Positions 39,479 to 50,999 of a DNA stretch of 64,000 nt are shown one piece after another. The first letter of the stretch is position 1. Each line of letters begins with the position of its first letter. A program made the position numbers and the translations under genes. Origin of the DNA: Haplodiscus bocki (lineage: Eukaryota); the NCBI GenBank assembly GCA_965655095.1, contig OZ296649.1, positions 60,822,001 to 60,886,000 on the forward strand. The letters run 5' to 3'. The notes below the pieces were generated by a model. That model searched no databases, was not told the DNA's origin, and saw nothing but the letters and a program-made list of their open reading frames with translations.

Positions 39479-40640
39479 TTACCAACTCAGGAGCTGCTCG
39501 AGCATTGCATAGCCGGTAGTGATCTGATCGTTGGCGTTGATCTCACAAACATGGTCATCTTCCTCTTCGTCAATATCACATTCTTCGTGAACTATTCGTT
39601 CAGCGTATGAAGAACGTCCAGGTTCCTCGTTACCGTCCGTCTCAATTACTATGGTAGAATTGTAAGTTCCAGTGGAGCTTTCAGATGGTGAAAATGATAC
39701 TGGAAATCTTAGTCGGCATAACCTTCGGAACTGGTTGATAGTCCGTCCCATTCGGAAGCAATCTGCAGCTAACTGTACTGAGGAAATGGCAAAATGAGTG
39801 CTAAGGCTGTTAAGGGAAAAATTTTCGCCATCATTATGCAATCGGAGTATCTTCTGTTCCTTGCCTTGTTGGCAACGGATGGGATAAAGGTCCTTACACG
39901 TTTCAGCGGCGGTTTCGTCGTGGTTAATGTTGAACGTAATCTGTTGTCCATGTTCATCAAAAAAATCGATGTCTCGTGGTAGCTTCCTGTGCTGTAGCTG
40001 GTGATGTTGATATTCACCAATGGTCACGTTCCGACTAAGTATATCAGGGAAAGCCAGGTTAGATCCTGGCCTCCAGATGATCATCAAAATCTGGAACCTC
40101 GTTTTTATTACCTGATATCGAAAGAAGCGGTGAGATAGTTGTCCCATGCGTCTCCATAAGGAGAAGTTGGGTTTATGGTCACAATACGAGTTTATTGGAA
40201 AAGGAGGTCCAATAATGTAATGCTCGTAAGTTTGTAACGCTGAGACAATCCCACACAATTCCCTGTGGAGTGTAAACATCTTCTGTTCTGCTTTATCAAA
40301 AGTACGACAATTGAAGGCGATGATCCGCTTGCCTTCCCGGAATGGTTGTATTAGAATTCTTCCGGTTCCAACGTTAGACGAATCCACGTGAATATGGAAA
40401 GGATACTCAGTAGATGGGATGGTGAGGACTGTATCTTCACTAATCTTGTCTTTTCTCATTTGGAAAGTCTTCTCGTGCTCTTCAGTCCAATGGAATGAAG
40501 TAGAATCTCTAATGAGATCATAGAAAAGTTTGCTGTCTACGTGAAGATTTTTGATGTAGCAGCTGTAGAATCCAAGACATCCCAGCACTTTCATAACGTC
40601 TCGCTTACACTCGGATGATTAAGGATTTTTTAGGACCTTG
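39479..40640 (-). pseudogene. gypsy pol: RT connection and RNase H (protease and RT core absent)
   Basis: LGCLGFYSCYI, FHWTEEH, IHVDSSNVGTG, RELCGIV, YCDHKP, NLAFPDILSR. Confidence 0.9.
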
Positions 40641-40949
40641 ACCTCTCCAGGTGAGTACTTCCAACATCTGGCGCTTTCAGCGTCAATGTGCATAGTGTGA
40701 GGTAATCGGACCGTTAGAATTCGAGAAACGTAAGGAAATGTTTTATTTTGGTGAAGACTTCCATAACAAAAGGTTTTTGGAGGCTGCCGTAGCTCAATTC
40801 TAGGTAAGTCGAAATGAATTCAGGAAGTCTGGTTCTGACAGAAGTCCATCTTGAGGAAGTTTCAAGTTTTCATTTCGGTAGCCCAGACATTTAAAGGAAA
40901 TGAACATTCACCATTAGCGTCGTAACTGAACTCTATACTAGCGTAACCG

Positions 40950-41991
40950 ATCATCGGTACTACTAGTTGAACTTTGGTCTGTTCCTCATCCTTGAGGATG
41001 TTCTAAGAGACTCAGTAACTCACATCTCTTTGGATGATTCTTGTGGAGAAATCGTTCCAAGTTGCGTTTGGATGTTCCATCAGGTACTCTTGAGCTTTTC
41101 GTTGTAGGTAACTTGGACGAAGTCCTTGTGGAGTATAGTCAATATATCGTTTTCTTCTTTGTCTCCCTTGAGCTTGACGTTCTGCAGCTCTATCTGCTTC
41201 TGCAATACCTTCCATATCATCGGGCCATCCTCTGTCAACAATTATCTTCATTCGATGTAGAAATTTTCTGATCTCTTCTGCATCGCCTGGCACACAGTGT
41301 TCTACTTCCATTCCATGTCGGAAATTGTTTCGTCCATCAGAAAATCCTGTTATGAACTGCTCCCGTGTGGCCGCCCAAGTGGTGGCATTCTCAATATTCT
41401 TTTCGTACCATTCTGCTGCTGGTCCTTGCAGTAGAGTAGAGAAAAGTGCCTTTTTGCGGAAGGTATAACTAACCAAATCATCAAGATCCGCATGTCCATC
41501 ACCTAATGCGAAGTTGAGTTTTCTTTCTATGAGTTGGACGAAAGATTCAGCGTCTTGATCCGGGTCAGTGCCAGAGAACTTGTCTAAGGCCAAGTCGGGG
41601 TATGCGAGATGAGTTTTAGCTTAATTGTAGTTCAATCAAATTTGTAGGACAGGTGGTCCATTAATACACCATAGACGTGAAGTCGAATTTCGGTTAAGTG
41701 GGGTTCTGGAAATTCACAGTAATTCAGCAGTGCTGTTGCTAGAGATTTAGACAATGGATCGAGTTGATCTATGTTTAACAATTGAGAAGCTTTCGGATTC
41801 CCTTGTTGGTGAATTTTCACACGGATCCAAAAGTCGTAATTGGAAGTCCACTTCAGGTATATGATATTAACGGTGATACTTTCGTTGTTTGTAGTGATGG
41901 TCCAAGGCCAGTTGAAATGTTGTATTTCGTCAAATCCGTCGTCATGGAGAGCATTCCAAACGACTGGGTTTGGGTTGGCCGGATGTGGCAT
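40950..41991 (-). pseudogene. gypsy gag (N-terminal extension plus retrotransposon-gag domain), disrupted
   Basis: LDKFSGTDPDQDAESF...LQGPAAEWY...TWAATREQFITGF. The upstream ORF 41632-41991 joins it through a TGA and a frameshift. Confidence 0.8.
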
Positions 41992-42693
41992 TCAAATATT
42001 TTCGTTGAGTTCGTTAATGAGTTGCAGTAGCTACACTACAGATAAAAAAAAATCCGGGTCCCAAAAGTAGATTAAGAATTGCAAGAGATAGGGAGTACAA
42101 GATTAAGATCAATTTTTGTCTCATCTAGAGAAATTAAGATAAGATAGTACAAAAAGATTTGAGTTTTATTGAATTCCTGCGGTCCGCGTTAACGAAACAG
42201 TCTCATTGGACGTTACCCAGAGAAGATGGATCCGTAGTTTTGTAGGAAATTGTGTCCCAAGTTGCAAAGAAGAGTTGAAACAAAATGCCGTTAAAATCGC
42301 GTTGTTTGATGAGCAGGATAGGTAAGTCGTCGTTCACCAATCATTAAGAATCACAGTCCTGTCCACCTATAGTTCGTTCCAAACGTATTGCAGCGAAAGG
42401 ATAAAGCAAAAGGAGTGCCACTATCGTGAAAGAGAAAAAACAGAGAGCCACAATCAAGTCACGTCTCATGCGCGGTGACTCATGTTAAATTCGTACGTGA
42501 TCACTTGGAGAAATCCGGTGTCAATTTAAAATATTCAGTGTCACTAGCACCAAGAAAAAAGATCCAACAGTGATTATATAGTTTACAGTTAAGAAAAAGA
42601 CCAAAAATGAAAATAACAGGCCAGGAGGAAGTAGCACAAAAGAATTAAAAAACTCGTAAACTTCACTCATAGCATCATCACAAAAAAAATGTG

Positions 42694-42710
42694 CCTCACT
42701 GGTCACACCA
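42694..42710 (-). promoter_or_regulatory. Primer-binding site (PBS)
   Basis: TGGTGTGACCAGTGAGG lies 3 nt inside the 5' LTR end on the minus strand. Its complement ends in ...ACCA like a tRNA 3' end; the tRNA identity was not determined. Confidence 0.8.
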
Positions 42711-42713
42711 GTT

Positions 42714-44568
42714 TGTCGCGCAGGTGGTAGATTTTTTTGGTTCAAATTTATATTGACAAATGCTTGTTATATTTCTTGATGTGCCGCCGTTACTGATTAA
42801 ACAAACTTAAGTCTCAAAGTTGCCTTGCCGGCCCGCGTGAACAAAGTGGAGCTTGAATTCGCTGGCCAGGACTTAGTGAGTAGCTATGGAGTGGTTGAAA
42901 GATTTGTTAAGGATTTATTCATAGCAAACAGTTCTATTATATAAATCGAGAAAGTAATGGCTTCAAATCTAGTACTTGTAATGTCAGACGTGGTTGACAG
43001 TTAACAGAGGGAACGGTACTGGTTTAGGTATATAAGATCTGGATCAAATTTCACTCTATTCCAATATTACTCGAAGTAAGGAAGTTAGCAACTTTACCAC
43101 TTTGGAGTTGTTTGTAGTAGATTACAAACACCCAACAGTTTTATTCCAAAATGACAATTCAAATTTTTTGAACTATATTTTAAGGAAAATATTGTTGCAA
43201 GCGCTTTTAATTGTCGCGAAAGTAAAATACTAAATTGACGGTAGCTCCAGTAAACAAAAGTAATACCTTTTCTAACCTTGTAGGAGATGAGTTGCCATTG
43301 AGCTCCATCAATTTGCTTTAAGTCTGTTCTAGAACGGAGAGTAAGTTTATCCGTTTTTCTAGTAGTTCATTTTAAAAGTGTTCCTCTAAGTCACTTTTAG
43401 CTAAGACTAGGTAATTCGCGTAACGAATCAACCAAGCGATTTTTGTTAGGCCAGCACATAGTTGTCAAGCCGTAGAGTAAAATCTAGGGATTTTTTGACC
43501 GCTGGCTCAGTTCCGATCAGAAGGTTCGGGTTAGTAAGTAAGACAGGGCATCTCGCTTTATGGCGTAGCAACCGTGAGATTCCTCCTAGGTTCAGACAAT
43601 TACCATCGGATAACGAATGAACCTGATTCTGATCGAAACTGGGTTAGTAAGTAATTTTATTTAGGACTCAGCATCATTTCATTTTAATGGAGGCTGCCAA
43701 TAAAGGTACAACCCCAAACGGAAGGACTACTGAGCGATAACTCTTAGGTAACGGAAAGTTTTAATGAACTCTTGTTCAGAGCAATTTCCGTGGCAACTCT
43801 TATTCAGAGTATCTGCTGACCGACCCTCTCTGACTTAACTAAGTGTTCTGGCGAGATGTTCTCTACCAGGGTTAGTCAATTTAGATACTAATAATTTATT
43901 TGATTTAATTAAAATAGAGTTGCTGTTGATGGCCCTTATTGGTCCCTCTTCACAAAAGAATTAATTTCCTGATATTTTTTGATTAGTTGAGAATAGTTGG
44001 GTCGGTCTCGGATTCGAAATGTTCAGAATTTGAAGATATTTGAAGTTTGGTAAATTTTCAATTCGGAGAGACTTTAGAATTTCAGGAGGAGAGAGTTGAA
44101 ATTTTTGTAGTTTTCGATCTCAGAGTTGGTAATTGTCGGTAGGTGATCAGAAATGTTATGGTTTCTCGTGTTGGCGGCCGGCGCTTAATTTTTCCGAGGT
44201 CTCGTACTTTTCAAGGTGAAGACCAAGTACGGTAAGCCTTCCGCCAAGGAGCACCAAAACTGGTGATCCTCCAAATGGTGTCAAAAATTGAAATCTTAGG
44301 AAGCAAGGAGTGCCGTTCGTTAAGCAATAAAATCAAACCCAGAGAACAGGGGGGTAACAAATACAAAAAAGCATCGTTGATATCCGTCTGAGGCAAGGCA
44401 ACAAAAATTTGAAGTTTCAAGTTGTGCAATTCCAACTTTGTTACCGCTCTCCAACAACTTTCCTTTCAAACGGTAAGTTACTACTATTACTTCTATTATG
44501 TCATTTCTACTTTTAGAACTAACTTTGTTTAGCGTTATGGCTTGTTTAGCGTTGTGTCTAACGAGACA
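42714..44568 (-). repeat. 5' LTR of the gypsy element
   Basis: Begins TGTCGCG and ends CGAGACA on the + strand. Colinear with 33959-35789. Confidence 0.9.
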
Positions 44569-46560
44569 ATGTTTTGAACGTTTCTGTTGATAAAAGAGTG
44601 AAGGCCTTTTATAAGTCCGATCACCTGCCATATCGGATGAAGTTTTGAGGACAAAGTTGGTACCGAGCAGAATTCAAACGGGAGGAATCCAAGAAAAACG
44701 ATTTCACAGTCCTTTCTTACACACGAGTTGATTTGGTCTCTTTATCTACCCACATCGAAGAAAATCATTTTGTCCGATATTGCCCCAGCAATGTTGATAT
44801 GATGGTTTCGCTGTGGAATGAATGGCTATACAAATGTTTTCAATCTCACATCCCAACGAAGACAAGACATCGAATGAGCCTTGCTCTCTGGGTATCAAAT
44901 GAAACCTCCAATCTCCTTAAAAGGAAACAAACGCTTCAGATGGCACTTCAAAAACAAGCCAATGACAATCGTCAGAGGAAATTAGAGGCGCTGAATGGAA
45001 GAACACTTCTATCTCTGGAGACTGATCAACGTTACTTCGAAATTACCGTTTTTGCCGGTCGAAAGTTCTCAGATAATCAAAAACATTTCAAGAGCATCAA
45101 GAAGACTACACAGTTCCTTGCAGAAAACTTCCTGGAAAATGGAATTGCCACAACAGATCTGGAAAACGCTGAGCTTTTCAACATCATTGCGCAATCTGTC
45201 TTCACTTCAACTGACTAACAAAGCAAACCAGAACTCAAATCACCAAAGAAAACTCAGAAATTGCATTTCACCCAATCCGAAATAAAACCTGCTCTTGAGA
45301 ACCTCGATGGTGGCAAAGCAAAACGTCCCGATGGGCTAGGAAAGCTACCACCCAAAAAACTCACTGTGCAAACCATTATCACTAGTCCTCAACACAATTG
45401 CAGATAAACGTGCATATACAATTTTCTGGAAAACCAGCGAAGGCTTACTCTTCTTCAAAGACGGCGATAAACAAAACGTAGCTAATTACCGCTTCATCTC
45501 TCTTCTCTCCTGCACTTCAAAACTTCTAGAGACTTAATTCTCTGGAAAACTCTATGAAGTAATCAAAGACATAATTGCCCCCGAACAATACGGCTTCCGC
45601 AAAAACCGATCGTCCATCACGCAGATGATATTGTATATGAGTGAATTTTTTAACATTCTCGTTTCGACAACCTTAGCAACCATGTACTTGGACTTTGAAA
45701 AAACCTTCGACGAGGTCTCCGATGGAAAATTATTAGAAAAATTGACAAACGAAGGCATCAGAGGAGTTGTGCTGGAACTAATCGAAAGCGATCTGAAAGG
45801 AAGAAAGCAGAAAGTTAAAATTGGATCATTTGTATCGAATGAACTTGTTGTGCAAAGTGGAATCCCACAAGGATTTGTACTTGGACCTTTTTTTTATCCT
45901 TTTATTTAACGATCTTCCAAAATGTTTCATGTCAACATGCTTGGGATATGCGGATGACTATAAGATTGTAGCAAAAAATGGGATAACACTTCAAATTGAC
46001 GCCCACAAGATATGGAAATGGTGCTCCAGCAATCTCGTGAGTCTTAATCTGAAAAAATGTAAAATTCTGTGTTTGAAAGGTTCAGCAAAAGTCACTATAC
46101 AAGGTCATCATTTTGAAAACAATATCGTTGAAAAAGATCTGGGCATCTTGATCTCAAACGATTTAACCTGGACAGCACACACAGAAAGGAGATGCGAAAA
46201 AACCGTGAAAGCATTTTTCACCATCAAACGAAACCTTGCCGATGGGACACCCTGGACAACTAGAAAGAATCTATACCGTAGCTACATTGTACCAATATTA
46301 TCTTATGTTGCAGTCCTTTGGAAACCCAGTAAAACAGACTTGAAATCGATCGAATCAAATCAAAGCAAGCAAATGGATACTGGGAACTAGTCAGCTAGAA
46401 TACAAGGAGCGATTACGACGGATTAATTACCCCTTGCTTTGTACCAGGAAATGCATGTCTTACTGTTGTTCAAACAAATTGTCTTGAATACGTACGACTT
46501 TGAATGGCGAAAGTGGTCAACAAAGTTGAACGGTTTTCACATTGCAGAACCAGTCGAGGC
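44569..46560 (+). mobile_element. CR1/L2-type LINE, 3' part (end of endonuclease and reverse transcriptase), disrupted
   Basis: KSDHLP, NYRFISLLS, QYGFRK, YLDFEKTFDEV, SGIPQGFVLGP, YADDYK, EKDLGI. Confidence 0.92.
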
Positions 46561-47563
46561 AACATGGAATGTATGCTTTTTTTCTTAACCATTCCGAAAG
46601 GGGGATCCAAAAGTTGCTTGTCCAGCCTCAGATTGTTTTTCCAATGATTCTTACATGGCCGATCAGATTCGACGATTCGCTCACTACCATTTTCTTATGA
46701 ACTGATCCGCACTGACACTTCCAACATTTGTTATCTTTTTCATCTTTTTGCATTTGCTTGTTGAATAACTTTTTGTGAATAGTAGAATATTAGGAACTAT
46801 GTATTGAGCAAATTCGATCATTTCAGATCATCATCAGTGCATCACTTAACATATCTGTAACAAACATTTGTAAAATGCTAAAGTTTTTCAATGAGAAAAG
46901 TTTTTTGAACAACAGGTATACTGTTAGAAATATAGGACTGTAATGGCTGGGGGTGGGGGGTTCTTGGTGTTAGAAGACATAGGATAAGAACCGGCTTCGA
47001 AACTCGTCTTTCGAAGTGAATAGTTTCATTTTCATCTTTCGGCCTCTTTTCAACCTCGAAAAAGCTCAAAAAATTCAGCTTCAAATATTGGTTATTATTG
47101 GACACGAAAGAAATAGATAGGAAAAAGCACGGAATCGATAATTGGAAACCAATTATTGCAATTCCAATTATTGTTTCCCAACCCTTGCCTGCAAGACCAG
47201 TTATCGAATTCACGTTGCTGATTACTTCTCTGTTGAAGTATTACATGTTCATAGAGATGGTTTTGGTTGATTGTTTTGTCATTCTGTTATTATTTTGAAA
47301 TTTGCGAATTATTGCAGTTATCGGTTGATGAAAATCAATTAATTGATTGGTAGGTTTTTTTGAAAACGTTCCTTTGTTTTGAACAGTAATTGCCAAGCCC
47401 TGTAACATATGCAACGCTAATTTGGATTTTCTTCAGGTGGTATTTGTTATGGATCTGAAATGAACGTGGAAATCTCTACGTTACGGAATTTCAAAGAGCA
47501 GTTTTGGATAGAGGTGTTCAGACATGAATAATTGTGCCCATTTTAATTCCCATGTTGTTAGCA

Positions 47564-47758
47564 ATGAACATTCAAATGTTTGGCCGGTATTGTGCTTATC
47601 TATATACTTTTTGTCCCACAAGAAGTTGTAGATTCAATGCAGCACTCACAAGAACTTTCGCTGATTTTCGACCATCGTCGGAGACATCTACTTTAGAAGG
47701 CAAGTCCTCGAACTCAGCGCGAATTCGCAGGAGTGGAGAAGGCCCCGTTGAATTGAAG
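47564..47758 (+). CDS. SLC30A9: Candidate first coding exon of SLC30A9 (mitochondrial-presequence-like)
   Basis: Arg/Ser-rich N-terminus with few acidic residues (MNIQMFGRYCAYLYTFCPTRSCRFNAALTRTF). Donor AAG|GTTAGT is phase 0, matching the next exon. The start codon choice (47552, 47564 or 47576) is uncertain. Confidence 0.5.
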
Positions 47759-50700
47759 GTTAGTAAGCTCCCGACATTGAACCTGATTGAGTGCATTTAC
47801 ATGCACTTTATAGTATGTACATTTATGTGGTAGAATGGCAGAGAAAGACAGTTTTACGCTCATACTTAGTATTGCTTCATCTGATCCTTTTCTCCAGAGT
47901 GTTAGCAGGAGTGAGAATTTGCAGTTTCGTTTGTGCTCGAGTGCTGTCTAGATGGGAGGTTTTCCATGGCATAGCTTGACAGCTGCATAGAAAATATTCT
48001 ATACGAAAAAATACTGAAGTGTTTCACGGCTGTTTAAAGGATAGGCTACACGATAGTGTGCTTCTAATCGATTGTGATTATTGGCAATTGACTCACAACT
48101 TAGGTGGCTTTGAAGTTTCTCCATAAAAACATGTTGAAAACAGTGTCGATGTCCATAGCAAATTATATACAGCATCTCATTTTCATGAAATTGTTACTGG
48201 AATTTACGATTCAAAAGCGAAAAATGCTAAAATCTCTTGGAACATTTCTAATGCCGGTCATCTTCTGGGTTTAGAACTTTAATCTCAGAAAGGTTCTAGT
48301 TGGTTGAACAGAAAGGTTGGTAATGAAAAAGAGTCAATATATTCCCCCGGAAAGATTTTGTGAAAGGAAAATATTCAGTTCAGTTGTCGAGTTTTCCTTT
48401 AGCTGAAGTTGCCCATGAAACGCAGAGTTTCGTGTTTTGTTGCGGACCACTTGCTGTCTTGCATAATACAAGGACCCGAGGTCATCGCGGTTTGGTAGCC
48501 AACACGTAGCGTTGGAGTCTCTATAGGTCATAAGGTCATTGTTTTTCAATATTTTCAGATAGTTGTGCAGTGTCATTTTTTAATTGCAAAAAACAGCTAT
48601 TTTCTCAAAAAGAATTTACAGGTTGGATCCTATTTCTTCAAAAGTTATCCATTTTCCTATATAACTGATGCGAATGGCCCTTCTTCAATAGTTTTTGTAA
48701 ATTTTGTAAAGAAAAATAAGTGAACTTTTCTGCTTTTTGCGATGTTTTTTTTCGCTATACTGGTATTTCCGGAACCTAAAAATACGAATATACTTCGAAA
48801 AATTTTCCCTGCAACATCTCTCTCTGTAAACGTTACATTGCTGGAATGCCAAAAAGCGCTTTCAGTTCCTTGATGTTGAAAACTACCTTTCTTCAAAACT
48901 ATAGGGTTCAATTTTTTCGTTGAGGTGTCAATCGACATCCCTCTACTTGACAGCTGTTGGTTTAGAAAATTTTTCAGTTTGTTCCCTGTGTCGGAATTCT
49001 GATGGTTCAAAAAGTGCAAAAATTGTTATTGAAAATGATTCGATTTTCAAATTCATATTTCATGATTCGATTTTCAAATTCATATTTCATAAGTTTTGTC
49101 TTTCGTCATGGTCCCCATCAGCAGCTTTCTTTTTGTGGAAACCAATACAATTAGGAAGTTGAAGTTATCAGTTTTCCGCAGTTCGTCGGAATCCTGACAG
49201 GTCGAATGTTGCGAAAATTCTCATTAAATTTGCCAAAGTCGTTTTTCAAGTTCAATTTTCTCCTTAAGTTTTGTCTTGACTGCTTCCGTTCGTGTCTCAG
49301 TCAGTGGATTTTTTGTGGAAAGCTATTCAGTGAGGAAGTAATCGATTTTTTTCCTTCCATCGGAGTGCTGAAAGTTCGAAAAGTGCAAAAAATTGTTAAT
49401 TTTAAACATTGATAATCAAATTGAGTGTGTCTCAATACTTCCTGCTTCATTCCTGCCAAGGTTTTAATCAACAGCTTTTCAGTTCCTTTTGCTGAAACTT
49501 TCCATAAAGTGAACACTTCCTGTTCAGAATAGTTGGTGGTTTGTATAATACATTTGTGCAGTGGTATCGCGGTTAGGTAGCCCACAGGTGATTGGTTCTA
49601 ATCCCGCTTGAACAGTTTTCAGTTTTTTAGTTACTTGCACTGATTTCTTTGCATGTACTGAAACATTACCTTCGGTTGAGGAGAACTGAGGTAGATATTA
49701 CAACTCAAAACGCCTTGACATTTGAAAATTTTATCTATGCTCAATGAATTTCAAAAATGTCAAATACGTGTTCATACTGTTCATTTGAACTGTAAAAAAC
49801 TGAGCAGAAAACAACAGCTAGAACAATAACAACTCAAATATAGTAAAGTCTTCAGTTTTTACTAACCGAAGCAGGATTGTTTCGATGCTTTCGAAGTTCT
49901 TGTCCGCTCTCCATCTGACTGCAGTTGTGATGAATAGAAGCAATTAAGACCTAAAAAGTACAAGTATAAGTCGGCGACAGGAAGGGAACCAATCCTTTCA
50001 TGCAATAGAGACTGACTGTCGTTCTTGGTTTAGAGGGCCAGTTTGTGCTTCCTACCAACCACCCATTGCGATCCCTTTGTCATCCACATCCATTTCGACA
50101 TTATCCGCATGCACGGAGCTGTGACACTACAACAGGAGAACTGTCGGCAGTATCATTGAAGTCTGGGAAAAATGCAAAATTGTCTGCCGTGAGGGTTATG
50201 TGTTGCGGAACAGAACTTTTCAGAAAACAATTTCGCTGAAGTTCACTTCACTGTCTGGATCGTAATACTTTTCTGATTAAAATTTGGAATCATTCTACTA
50301 GCAACATTGCATGGCAGGAAGCTGCAATTCGACAGCGGTAAAGGCAAGCTTTTTTCATGAAGTACATTTAATGTTCAGTTCTTGGCAGGACGATAACCCA
50401 TTTGGATTTCATTTTGTTTGACATTACTTTTGATGAGGTGTTCTCAAATAAGTTGCTATTATAGAAACGTTGGTGAGTTCATCACGGCCAGTTATTAAGT
50501 AGCAGATTTCAAATTGCCTTAATTGCTTCAAGGCATCAATGACTTTCACTTGAACGAGAAGATTGTCTTTCAAATTTTCAGATTGAATTTTTATTTTGAA
50601 TCATTTCAACTTGTAATATTGTTTTCCAAGTACTTTTCAGCAGGTTTCTGAGGGTATTTTTGATTTCAAAAACTGATCTTTGCAACAGCCTGGAGCTTCG

Positions 50701-50999
50701 TTTTGGCTGTATTTTTTGCTGGGATGGCAATGGTGCTGTGATTAACTTTTTCTTCGTCGTCTGTTGGTTTCTCCATGCTTTTTACAAAAGAACTGACCCA
50801 ACTTTTGGAAGAAATTTTCTGTTAACTGCATTTAGTTTCTCAAAAACTTTTTTCTTTCCCTATTCTGCCTCGAAAAAAGACAGTTTTCGTGAATTTGAAC
50901 AATTACTTCGAAATATTTTCGCTGTAACTGCAATTCCAGCTAATCAACCAACCAATTACCTGCATTTGCATATTTGAGATGCATCATTACTTTTTTCCC

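Larger units (their letters stand above)
33959..44568 (-). mobile_element. Ty3/gypsy LTR retrotransposon, internally deleted, with 3' cargo region
   Basis: Paired ~1.85-kb direct repeats with TGTCGCG...CGAGACA termini, a PBS, and gag, RNase H and integrase in gypsy order on the minus strand. Degenerate 4-bp flanks CCGT/ATGT. Confidence 0.93.

Noticed and set aside
44569-44653. Alternative LTR end at GAGGACA (44653)
   Set aside because: The segment encodes the LINE endonuclease KSDHLP motif, so the LTR ends at 44568.
48200-50600. Short ORFs and a possible LTR for the 51-53 kb gypsy remnant
   Set aside because: No partner LTR, TSD, PBS or recognisable domain was found.
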